A stretch of DNA of 64,000 nucleotides from Octopus sinensis. Lineage: Eukaryota. The notes beneath the pieces were generated by a model that was not told the origin of the DNA, searched no databases, and saw only the letters and a list, made by a program, of their open reading frames with translations. Positions within the stretch are counted from its first letter, which is position 1. Every line of letters starts with the position of its first letter. The stretch covers positions 6,262,001 through 6,326,000 of the forward strand of contig NC_043004.1 in NCBI RefSeq assembly GCF_006345805.1. The letters run 5' to 3'. Below are positions 38,610-50,831 of the stretch, piece after piece. Made by a program: the position numbers and the translations under genes.

Positions 38610-39005
38610 GGCCACAGAAGTGGCTGTGTGGTAAGAAGCTTGCTTCCCAACCACATGGTTCCGGGTTCAGTCTCACTGTGTGGCACCTAGGGCAAGTGTC
38701 TTCTACTATAGCTTCAAGCTGACCAAAGCCTCGGGAATGGATTTGGTAGACAGAAAACTGAAAGAAGCCCATCATATGTGTGTGTGTGTGTGTATGTTCG
38801 TGTGTCTGTGTTTGCCCCTCCCCCCCACCATCGCTTGACAACCGATGTTGGTGTGTTTACATCCCTGTAACTTAGCAGTTTGGCAAAAGAGACTAATAGA
38901 ATAAGTACTAGGCTTACAAAAAATGAGTTTTGGGGTTGATTTGTTTGGCTAAAGGCGGTGCTCCAGCATGGTCACAGTCAAATGACTGGAACAAGTAAAA
39001 AGAGT
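38610..39005 (+). mobile_element. SINE family A
   Basis: Full colinear similarity. Confidence 0.9.
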
Positions 39006-41004
39006 ACCATAGGCACAAGGTCTGAGATTTTGGCAGTGGAACCAGTCAATTACATAGAGCCCAGTGCTCAGTTGGAATTATTTCATCAACCCTGAAAGGA
39101 CGAAAGGCAAAGTTGACCTCAGTGGAATTTCCAAGAAGGAAACCTAACCATAGAAACTCTGCCTTGAATTTTGTCTTGTCTATGTAAGCATGGAAAAGTC
39201 AACATTAAAACAATGATGATGATGATGATATATATAACCTGTTGAAAGTATTCTTCATGCTTACAATCTAAATTCTATCTTAGCTGTATTGAAAACCCAG
39301 TCAACCTTTATTTTTAGTGTTACTGTAATGAGAAAATTTTTTATACGATACTGGTTTTACTGAATCACAATGAAAATCGACTACAAAAGAATTAATTTTC
39401 AAGGTTCCTCTTAATTAAGCAAAGTTAACAATGTACATTCTATCTGAATGTGAATACAGTTTTCTACACACCTTTCCCAGTCACCTGGCCCATTTTTCAC
39501 ACAACTTTTCAATGTCATGATCATTCGAAAGAAAGGTAACCCATAATGAATTCAAGGAAAGGGAGACATGTAGTTTATATTGTAAAATCTACCAGTCTAG
39601 CAATCACTTAAAACAACAAGGTTGTACACGTGAATATCATCATCAGCATTTTAATGTCCACTTTTCCATGATTGGATGGGTCAAACATAGTTAATTGAGA
39701 TGAATTTTTTTAAAGCTGCATGCTCTCCCTGTCACCACTCCTTACCTGTTTCCAGGCACAGTAATATTTCCCGCACAGTCATATATATTTTCGCAGAATA
39801 TAAGAGGAAATGAATAAGATTTATTTACAAAAATCACACAATATCAAGACAAAGAGATGCAAACATAGACACACACATGCATATACACACACACACACAC
39901 ACACACAAGATGGCTTTCCAGACAGTTCCTATCCACTCACAAGGCTTCTGTTGGCCAGGGGTTATAGTCAAAGACAGTTATCCAAAAGCATGATTCCTGG
40001 ATTGAACAAGGCATTGTGTCATTAAACAAGGTGTTTCATTTCACATTCTTCCAATCTACTCACCCAGGTGCTGATGCAACCCTCTCTCCCCCTTAGCTGT
40101 CACAAGATTAATGGGTGAGAAGGGGGGTAAAGAGGGTACCTGCTCATGATTGTATGGGTACCTAAAACGGTTAGCAAAAGTAGGGTGTGTGCTATCAAAT
40201 CATGCTCACTCACAAGTGATGCCTGAAATTTGTATAAGAGAAAACCTTTCGCCTTTTACTCGTTTCAGTTACTGGACTGTGGCCATGCCGGTGCACCACC
40301 TTCAAGGGTTTAGTTGAACAAATTGACCCCAGTACATATTCTATCAGTTTCTTTTACCGAATTGCTAAGTCAAAGGGATGTAAACAAACCGACACCAGTT
40401 GTCAAATGGTTAGGGAGACAATCACAAAGACACACACACACACAAAGTAAGCTTCTGCACAGTTTCTGTCTACCAAATTTACTCACAATGCATTAGTTGT
40501 CTCAGGGCTATACTAAAAGACACTTGCGTAAGGGGTCACACAGTGGGATTGAATCAGAAAGCACATGGTTGCAACGCAAGCTTCTTAACCACGCAGCCAT
40601 GCCAGCACCTGGTTACAATTCTTACACAAGTCTTTAGTTTGGTTTCATTACTCAAATTCTTGTCATCAAAGATTCATGTTTTATCTTGGTAAGAAAAATA
40701 ATCTCCAGTCAGGGGGAATCATGTATTAAATATCTTTATCAATAATAATCTAGAAAATAAACTTTCATGTTTTAGGTCACATTGACGCAATTCACCCTGC
40801 AACGTATGACCTTGTTGCAGCTGATATGTTATGAAGTTTTGACATACGTCTCAGTGAATGCAGCTGTTTGCAAATGGACAAGTTCACAACTGAGCTTATA
40901 TGTTTGTCATCTTTTGACTTGATGCAGTCCTTGGACTGTGGCTATGCTGGGGCATCACCTTGGAGTGCTTATTCAAGCAACTCAACCCCTTATACTCTCT
41001 GTTA

Positions 41005-41317
41005 CTCTTTTATTTGTTTCAGTCATTTGATTGTGGCCATGCTGGAGCACCACCTTTAGTTGAGCAAATTGACCCCAGGACTTATTCTTTGTAAGCCTAG
41101 TACTTATTGTATTGGTCTCTTTTGCCAAACCGCTAAGTTACACACTAGCATCAGTTGTCAAGCAATGTTGGGGGGATAAACACAGACACACCACACACAC
41201 ACACACACACATACACACACACACATATTATTGATTTTAATATTTCTATTATATGTAATTTTCTAGATGGTGGAATTTAATTGTTCCTTTTGAATTGATA
41301 AAAGGTGTTTTTTTCTA

Positions 41318-41356
<39 letters not shown>

Positions 41357-41430
41357 TTTGTGAAATTTGATTTAGTATTTCTAAATTGAATTTTTCCTTG
41401 TAAATTAGCAATAATATTCCCTAAAATAAT

Positions 41431-41476
<46 letters not shown>

Positions 41477-41950
41477 CGGGCTTCTTTTAGTTTCCATCTA
41501 ACAAATCCACTCACAAGGCTTTGGTCGGCCCGAGGCTATAGTAGAAGACACTTGCCCAAGGTGCCACGCAGTGAGACTGAGCCTGGAACCATGTGGTTTG
41601 TAAGCAAGTTACTTACCACACAGTCACTCCTACTTTTTTTTTTTTTTTTTTTTTTTTTAGAGTCTGGTACTTATTCTATCAGTCTATTTTGCTGAACTGC
41701 TAAATTACAGGGACATAAACATAGCAAAATTGATTGCCAAGCAGTAGAGTAGGTACAAACAAGAAAAGACTCATTCACACACACACATACACACAAACAA
41801 GGCTTCCACACAGTTTACATCTACCAAATTTACTCAGAGTTTTGGTCAAACTGGGAATAAAATAGAAGACATCAGTCCAAGGTGCTGCACAGTGGGACTG
41901 AACCTGAAACCACATGGTTGCAAAATGAATTTCATAACCACACAGAAAGG
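41005..41950 (-). mobile_element. Two SINE family A copies, the first interrupted by AT-rich and (TA)n sequence
   Basis: Reverse-complement similarity at about 41005-41612 and 41655-41950. Confidence 0.8.
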
Positions 41951-44199
41951 CCCGCATCTAGTGCAGCAATATCCCAGATGGCAGTACTTCTTTGATGAAA
42001 ATATAGATAGACAGTTATTAACAAAGTTGTACAAAGTAGGTAATAGACTCCAGAAAATCACTTGACTTGCTGGAAATTGCAGCCAACTCTCCACCGAATT
42101 ACACTTCCAGTGTTGACACATCAGATAATATAGTGTTGCATATTTCTAAAATGATAGGGTGGTCAGGACTAGAATAACCTTCACCAAATGTTACCAGAAC
42201 AGTGTTGACTATGCTAAGCAATAACAGCCAACTGTGTTTGGAAATTTATCAGTTGCTAATTTATAACAAATATCTGAAACTGTCATAACATCATAAAGAG
42301 AAGATAAGATAAAGTTCAGAACTGGACACCTATTGTAGTCTTTCAAAATCAAAACATCATCATTTAACGTCCATTTACCATGCTAGTATGGATCGGACAG
42401 CTTGATAGGATCCAACAAGCTGCAGGACTACATCAAGCTCCAGTGTCAGCTTCAGTATGGTTTCTATGTTTGAATGCCTTTCCTAATGCCAACCACCTTA
42501 AAGTGTGTACTGGGTGCCTTTTTCTTGATACCAGCACTACTGAGGTTGCCAAAATAAGGAATAGAAAATGGAAGAGTCCCGACTGAGTAGGGTGTGTACT
42601 TGAGGGAGTATGAAGATGGCTTTATGCAAGGTGATGAGAGGCTAAAGTATGACTGAGGAACAAGCATAGGTGTCTTACTATGGAGAAGATACATGGCTAC
42701 CCTATGTTATTTGCAGGTGAGTGAGAGTAGCTGAAAAGCAGAGATGATGGCAACAAGATGTTACAGCAAAACAAGGTACAAGAAGGTGAGTATAAGAGAG
42801 AATATGGACAATTGATCAGGGAATGAAGAGAGGGTAGTCTTTCACTTAGATTTTTACAGCTCACATACATTGGAGGCTTATAAGCAGATGTATGCATTTT
42901 GATATAAGTTTTAAGTGCATGGTGTATAAAGAAGAACATTTAATATTGTAATTTAAAGAATCTTATGATCTGTATGAGCGTAAAATAGTTTCATAAAGTA
43001 TATTTCAATGTACAGTGGAATGAGAATCCTAACATTTCAAACTGGACCCTTTTTCAGTTTTTTTTTTTTTCACAATACACTGACATTATCCACCCCTTCT
43101 TTTAAATGTTATATATATCATGTATATTAGATCCATGCATATATTTTAGTAATAGACTCCAGTAAAATTGTATGTTGAAAGCTGTTTTTTTTTTTGGTTT
43201 GTTTGAGGAAAGAAGGATATGTGATATTGCATAAACAAAGAATGTAAGAGATAAAATTTTGGCACTGTATACACCAACAAGTTAGTTTGGCACAAAAACC
43301 ATTGACTATTCTCACTGCTCTTCCATACTCTGCTACTAAACCACAAAGATGAGTAAAGATAAATGGTTTGGCCCTGACATGCTATAAAACCAGTGACAGT
43401 GTACCTACCAGCTTATGACTACCATTAAGAGACTACCACAATTCAAATGACATTAAAATTTCCTTCTAACATCACAAGGTCACTACAATTACCTTATGTT
43501 GTTAATATTTTCAATCCATTGAAAAAATGCACCCAGTATACACTTTAGGAAGGGCATCAAGCTGTAAAAACCATGCCAAACAGACACTGAATCACAATGC
43601 AGTCCTTGGGCCTTTGTCCAGCTCATGCTAGCATGGAATACAGATGTTAAATAATGATGATTGTTATACCAATATATATTTAGTAGGTTGTTCCCATAAA
43701 AAATACTAGATAAACTGTAACTTTCTAATTAATTATCAATAAGACAGCTAAAATATAATCAAAAGCAGGCATTCTCGAAAACTGAATAACAATAACTTCA
43801 ATATAATCAACAGAGTATTTATTTTTGGTGTGTGTTTAACAACAATCTTTCGTTTCCTTTTTTTTTTTCTCTTCAACTACTGACTCCATTCTGATAAATA
43901 AAACTCAGTTATCAATATTTTGCGTATACACTTTACAATACTATCGATGTTATACACTAAAGAGTGTCAACAAGTTACTTTGGAAAAAAAAATGGTTAAA
44001 CTCAAAATATTGGATTTTCACAAAAATAAAATTAAAATATTATTTCAACACACGGTTTCACATCAGGAAACTTGCAAAACAAATGTATCAATTCTATTCC
44101 ATTTATTTTTAACTTTATCAATTTCCTAAATATCCATGTACAAATTTCCTTTTTAAGTAAGAGGTAATTAATTAATAAAAAAAAATTTCTGAGAGTCAT

Positions 44200-46560
44200 T
44201 CAGAAGTGTATAAGTAACCGACTAATATATGATGTTTGGGAAAACATTTGATGAGTGAGTGATGACTCATACCCACACAGGCACGAAGACAAGGAGAAAC
44301 TGTATGGTGCCCTCAAAATTCTAGATAATAAAGTTGAAACAGAAAACAACTTTGATAAGAAAGTTGAGAAATTTAAAAGAGGCTATTATTGATACGAGTT
44401 ATATCGAAGGAACGCTGTAAAATTAATTGATTTTTGAATAGTGGTCACTGGCGTAGATTAACTCTATTAAGAAGGTTAAAAGCAAATATTTAGAGTAGAA
44501 AATTAATAGTTCTGTTATTAATTTGATTAAAAACGTGAAAAACTTTAAGTGATAGTAAACATCCAACGGAATCGTTAGATGAGTGGCATTTATTTGACTT
44601 TGGTGTTATCAAACAAACAAAATAATTGGGGTGGAGGAAAAATAACCTGGTAACTAATATCGTAAAACTTCTCAGCCTAAGAAAACCAACAAGAGAAGAC
44701 ATCAAAAACTTTTTCGATCGCTGAAGACAGTCTTCATCCAAGTGATATATGATCAAAGGCATTCCAGCCGAGACCATCCCACCATTTCTGTTCAGACAGT
44801 GTATACTAGGACACATTATCCAATGTATTCCTTTATTTTCATGGTATCATTTGACACCATAAAAATAAACAGGTCTATATAGAGGCCCCTATTTTCTATC
44901 TCAAAGCCTTTCCTCCCACGTCTAGCTTGGTGAATCGGTGTCAGTTATCTGCTTCAAAGATCTTTTATTCTAAAAGTGATAATATATGTGAGAAACGATC
45001 TTGCTTCCTCAATATAAATCTGGTTTTTCTTGCTACACACACAAGGATACATTGTTTAAACTAACTTTGTTTTACGGTGACACCGGTTTTAACATGTACA
45101 AATATTTTTATTAGCAATTATACAACCATTATATATATTAACAAAAAAATCTAACACATCCGAAATACAATAAGCAGTATTTTTAACCTTGACGAATGAT
45201 TTGTGAATGATGTGTATGTGTGAGTGAGAGAATGAAAGAGAGGAGTGCAGAGAAAGAAAGAGAGGGGTGCAGAGAGAGAAAGTGAGGGGTGTAGACAAAT
45301 AGGAAGACAGAGGGACAGAGAGAGGCGCACAGCGTGCATGTATATGAGAGAGGGAGTGGGAGAAAGAAACGATGTATAAATTTAGCAACTTTTTACGATA
45401 TAGTTTTGGGGTTTCTTTTTCGACTGTATGAAAAATATAAATATAATAATAGTATCTGGAATCTAAGATTCTCGAGAACGAAACAAAACAGAACTATAGT
45501 TAGAAGAAGATTAAACTTTCTACAACATAATTGTGTAATCAGAATAAACATATAAATATATCAAACAAAAATATCTAACCTGTAAGGAATGGTGGGTCGG
45601 TTCCAAACAGCAACAGTGAGACTTAGTTCTTTTAAAGACATCGGGACGTTTAGCTGGCCCCACTATGCCATGGTAATCCAGCTCAATCGTATAAGGATAA
45701 AACTATAGTTACAACTTATTGTTCCAGCGGGGGGAAATCATCGTTGGCAAGTAACAAAAGTAAAGAGTGAAAACTTTGAACGAAGTTTAAAAAAAAAAAA
45801 AAAGAGAGAAATCGGTTTCTAAAAACGAACTGAAAGTTTTTATAAGTTTATATCGCTTGACATGACTTCTAAACCACGCCAAACTTGCAGTGATGGTTAT
45901 GATGGTGAGAATGAAGGGGAAAAAGAGATGTAGGCGAAGTAGGAGTGTCGAGGAAATAGAAAGAGAGTAAGTGAATGAAGAGAGTGAAATATAGCCTCCC
46001 CTACAACCTCTACCGCCAAATTATCGCTTTACAGCCTCATGACGATAGTGGGTTATTAAAAGAGATTCTGAAACAGCTGGTGCGCGCGGCTAAATTAGAG
46101 TGCTTTCCCTTTCTAGAGAGAGAGCTAAATTTATATTTTACTCACTCTGGTTGTTGTCTATGTGCGGCAGTCAGTAAGGGGGGGAAAAAAAGACATAAAC
46201 AAGAGCCTCTTCTGTTTCCCCTAGATTCCCAGATCGTAATGAACGTTTGTGTAAACCAAAAAAGGTTCACATGCTGTGAGTCAGCGAAGAGAAAGCGAGA
46301 TTAAGCACACGCACCAGGAAAATAAAAAGAGAAAGAATATTTAAAGTTCTTCTTAATGCTCTTTGTAAGAGAAACTGCAGATGTTTCCAGTTAAAGCACC
46401 ATTGAAATTAATTATGTTGAAATTATTTAATTAGAGAAAAATAACATTTATACTATTAAATGAACCTGTTTATTATTACATTATATTAACAATGTGTTTT
46501 AAAGGAAGGTAGATTTACGCGTTGTGAGCGAAGGTGAGTTCTAACATTTTGGGTAGGGAT
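44200..46560. promoter_or_regulatory. CpG-retaining, largely SINE-free promoter-like region
   Basis: Frequent CG dinucleotides (e.g. TGCGCGCGGC at 46081, ACGCGT near 46517) against a CpG-poor background; GA-rich tract 45210-45370; AP-1 sites TGACTCA near 44263 and TGAGTCA near 46277. Confidence 0.5.
46146..46320 (-). other. Candidate first (5' UTR) exon of a minus-strand transcript
   Basis: Consensus donor AGA/GTGAGTAA (plus strand TTACTCAC at 46138-46145) inside the CpG-rich region; upstream boundary is a guess. Confidence 0.35.
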
Positions 46561-46644
46561 CTATTTAACCTTGAAACACACTTCTTCGAAGGGTTTGAAC
46601 CGAAACATAAGGACTCATCTGTCTTCACATCACACGAGTTTATA

Positions 46645-46773
46645 TGTCCCAAAAGTTCGTAAACACTTGCGAAAATTGAATTCTTACTCGCCAAGTACTA
46701 ACAAAAACAACAAAAATTATTCCTCAAAATAAAGACCATTATTTTCCAAGACTTTCTACGAACTTTTGGGACA
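46645..46773. mobile_element. Tc1/mariner-type MITE remnant
   Basis: Perfect 17-bp inverted repeat TGTCCCAAAAGTTCGTA / TACGAACTTTTGGGACA with TA-rich flanks. Confidence 0.7.
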
Positions 46774-46854
46774 ACCTTATATTATTTTGCAAATATAACA
46801 AGATTTACTACATTATGAAGGCAACAGGTACAGTGGATAATTTCCACTGTAAAT

Positions 46855-47042
46855 AATCCTTTCTATTATAGGCACGACGCCTGAAGTTTTAGTGTGTGTG
46901 TGTGGGGGGTTAATAGGTCATCATCGACACTGATAGATGAAAAGCAAAGTCAAACTCGGCGGTGTATGAACTCAGAACACAAAGACAGACAAAATGCCGC
47001 TAAGCGTCTCGCCCGGCGCGCTAACGCCAGCTCGCCGCCTTG
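46855..47042 (-). mobile_element. SINE family B copy retaining CpGs
   Basis: GCCGCTAAGCGTCTCGCCCGGCGCGCTAACGCCAGCTCGCCGCCTT. Confidence 0.85.
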
Positions 47043-47069
47043 CCGAGAGTAATGAAAATAGTGATTGAA

Positions 47070-47260
47070 GTGCAGATATGCTTATGTGGTTAAGAAGCTC
47101 GCTTTGCATCCACATGGTTTTGAGTTCAGTCCCACTGCACTGCACTTCGGGCAAGTGTTTCTTACTCTTGGCCCGAACCGACCAATGCCTTGTGAGTGGT
47201 GAAATTTGGTAGCTAGAAACTGTGCGGAAACCCGTCGTGTGTATGTGTGTACGTATATGT
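47070..47260 (+). mobile_element. SINE family A, 5' half
   Basis: Colinear similarity. Confidence 0.8.
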
Positions 47261-47299
47261 GTATGGGTACTATATTTTATTGGAGAGATATCCCAATTT

Positions 47300-47728
47300 G
47301 GCATAGTTTCGGTTGTAGTAGCACAGATTTCCGTCGATTTCCGTAAAAAACTTTTATTTTTTTACATAAGTAATGAGAGCGAAAGAGACTAAGAGGAAGC
47401 GATTTTACGACGAGAAGGTTTCACTTTGAAATCGGCTGTGTGCGTTTGATGGGGTGTGGGAGACAGACAGTATGTTGTGTAAGTGAAGTGCTTCTGTTAG
47501 TGTGTGCGAAGAGACAGAGAGAGTAATGTGTGAAAGAGAGAGATAACTGATTTTTTTACTCGGTGTATGTGTATATGTATGTATGCATGTATGTGTGTGT
47601 GTGTGTATGTATCTATGTATGTGTGTGTGTTTATGTATGTATGTATGTATGTATGGCCGATTCATCGTATTTTTTACTCGGTGTATGTGAATATGTATGT
47701 CTGCATGTATGTGTGTGTGTGTAAGTAC

Positions 47729-47760
<32 letters not shown>

Positions 47761-48589
47761 ATGTATGGCCGATTCAGTGTTTACATTATTTCGAATTAAA
47801 ACGAAAGATTACCTTGCGGCGCCTGTTTATGTAACAGTCTGCTATGTAGAAAATAATGAGGTTGACTCAATGGAATAATGACAGTGATCGAAGATATAGA
47901 CAAAATTTTTTTTATTTAATCGTTATACATGCCTTGTCGACTGCTACTGTGCAGCCTTAATGTCTCTGTTGATGTGACGATGGTGAAATGGTAAGAAACA
48001 GATGGGAGAGTTATAAAATGAGGAGATATTCTTCTCATGAGAAAAGAGTTGCATTCAAAGGAAAAAAAAGTTAATAGTCTATAGAGGTGCACAGAAACTG
48101 GGTGCAAGCATGCATATATATGCATGTGTAAACATTGTGTTGTGCAGCAAAAGGAACGAACAGTACAAAATGTGTAAGGAAAAGTGACAAATCCGATTGG
48201 TAATGTTCTGTGTGAAAAGTCTATGCCGGCCATACATACATACATACATACATAAACACACACACATACATAGATACATACACACACACACACACATACA
48301 TGCATACATACATATACACATACACCGAGTAAAAAAATCAGTTATCTCTCTCTTTCACACATTACTCTCTCTGTCTCTTCGCACACACTAACAGAAGCAC
48401 TTCACTTACACAACATACTGTCTGTCTCCCACACCCCATCAAACGCACACAGGCCGACTTCAAAGTGAAACCTTCTCGTCGTAAAATCGCTTCCTCTTAG
48501 TCTCTTTCGCTCTCATTACTTATGTAAAAAAATAAAAGTTTTTTACGGAAATCGACGGAAATCTGATCTACGACATACGAAACTTCGCC
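47300..48589. mobile_element. Non-autonomous long-TIR DNA transposon (Merlin- or Mutator/Foldback-like)
   Basis: Inverted arms 47300-47659 and 48227-48589; GGC...GCC termini; perfect 8-bp TSD CCCAATTT at 47292-47299 and 48590-48597. Confidence 0.85.
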
Positions 48590-50611
48590 CCCAATTTTTT
48601 AATGGTAATTTTTTAAAAATAGGGGTGAGATAACCAAAAAGAACCAGAACGGTACCTCTGTATGTATGTATTCCCCCTCTCCCACCCATCTACCGCTTCA
48701 TAACCGGTGTTGCTTTGTTTCCATCGTCTTTGTTTACCAGTTCCTCGAAAAGAGAGCCGATAAAATAAGTACCAGGCTTAAAAAATAATTGCTGAGCTAA
48801 ATTTGTTTCTAAACTCTTGAAAGACAATGCCTTATCATGGCTACAGTCCAATGACTGAAACAAGTAAAAGATGAAAGATGTATTTCAGACATTAAGTTAC
48901 TGGAAATGTTTTAAGTAAGACAGACGTGGTATCAGTTATTCTTTTTTTACGATGTTATGTAAAGGTGATTTCAGTAAATATTTAGACCTTGTGAAGTTTA
49001 GTGAGTGGCAGCAACAGCTGAGGACAGAAGCTTCGTGCAATAGAGGAATTTCTAAGAATTTCTACAGGATCAACTAACAAGGAAGCCTACAAATGGATGC
49101 TTGATTTGCTAGAATGAATAGTTCTATCTCTGATGTAATTACTGATAGAGTATACAATTAGATACGAGGTTAAATAGATAGAATTTTGGGGGTGGCTTTT
49201 TTGTGTGTGTTCATCATCATCAGTTAATGTCCATTTTTCCATGCTGGCGTGGCCTGGATGGGTCAAGAGGAACCAATGAGGTAGAGGGTTGTGCTCAGCT
49301 CCAATGTTTTTGGCATAGTCTCTATGACTGGATGCCCTTTCTAATGCCAAACACTTCACAGTTTACTGTGTGCTTTTCTACAAGACACTTTTTTCAAGTA
49401 CTAGTGAGGTCACCAGGTCCTCACAAAAAGAAACACTAAACTGCGAGGGGTATAGCACTGAAGGGTGTGGGAATATGATAGAGGGCACAGGAGCAAGTGT
49501 CATGCTGAGGTGGTAAATACATAACTTCCTGAGAGAAAGAGAGACAAACAGACAGATGGTGAGGGTATACTCTTAAGGTACAAGATGAATATGAGTGAAA
49601 GGATAGGGATGAAGGAGTACAAAAGGTGGGTGTGTAGGAAGTATGCATGAGGAGGCAACATTAACTGGTGAGAAAGTGTGAAGTCAAGTTTTCAGCAAAC
49701 TTGTGTGTGTGAGAGAGAGAGAGAGAGGGGAGTAGGGAGGGAGACAGAAGCTAATATAAACATTGTACTTCAAATGAAGTACAATGGTGAAAATGTGCTG
49801 TCAATTGATGGTAGAAGATACTACCAGAAGAGGTTGGTTAAATAAAACTGGGAAAGAATTAGTGAGGTGAGATCTGAGAATGCTAGATCTGAAATATGAG
49901 ATCATCATTTAACATTCGTTTTCCAAGCTGGCATGGGTTGGAAGGCTGCACTAGGCTCCAGTCGTCTGTTTTGACAGATGATAAAATCAAAACAAATAAG
50001 AAATTACTATATAGCAGAACCATCTAACTGATACTAAAACAATGAATATGCATACACATGCACAGAGAGCAAGTCAACCATATCGTCATGTCTGGATAGT
50101 TTGTCACACCTAACTGGTTCACATAAAGAAAAAAGAAAAACAAAAAACATATAGCCTACCTAAGTAACAATTATAATCACTAAATTATTTCTGGTTTTTC
50201 AGTGTACCAAGTAATAATGGTCTATTTATCTGTGTGACAAATTGTTTCTCTATCTGCATATATCAAAAGCAAAATTCAAGTTTCTGTCATGGCATATATT
50301 CGTAGTTCTTTGAAATGATAATCCAATTTGATGCTCTGTACCTATTTTAGTCACTGCATTATTTTTAGATGTTTGCTGCCAGCAATTTAGATCAGACTTT
50401 TGCAAAGATGTCATTGTAGCTCAGATAGCTGATTGATTATATTCGGCACCTTCATATTCTGTGAAGAAACTGATAAATCGCTGAGTTAGACAATTAGTTG
50501 TTGTTGTTTAACACTAGGCCAACTGTTACCTAATAAATCTATAATCAACTTCTTTGCTCTTCTCAGAGGAGTGTAGAACGACATTATCTAATGGATCTTT
50601 TTTCTTTTTAA

Positions 50612-50831
50612 CCCTTTAGCGTTCAGATTACTCTGTCAAATATAATGCTTTTTCATTCACATCGTTTTGAATTAATCCTGCATTATCTTGTAGCTCTGAG
50701 AATTTGATGATGTGATGGTTTATTTTTAGGATGTCATTGTAGGATATGAGTGAGAGGCCAGATCTAGATGGTTTGAACATAAAAGAAGTAGAAAATTTGG
50801 GCCGGATATGGCCGGTTTAAATGCTAAAGGG
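50612..50831. mobile_element. piggyBac-like MITE, complete
   Basis: TTAA-CCCTTTAGC...GCTAAAGGG-TTAA; partial relatives near 13560-13760 and 23940-24080. Confidence 0.85.

Noticed and set aside
44255-44392. Plus-strand frame HEDKEKLYGALKILDNKVETENNFDKKVEKFKRGYY
   Set aside because: Only about 45 codons, no in-frame ATG, and the K/E/N richness follows from the A-rich strand.
46581-46612. Third hammerhead-like motif (GAAGGGTTTGAACCGAAAC)
   Set aside because: The core is one base short and stem III is decayed; at most a Penelope remnant.
47324-48565. Assembly or foldback-read artefact as the explanation of the long inverted repeat
   Set aside because: The arms differ at several positions, and the matching termini with a perfect 8-bp TSD indicate a real transposition product, pending long-read confirmation.
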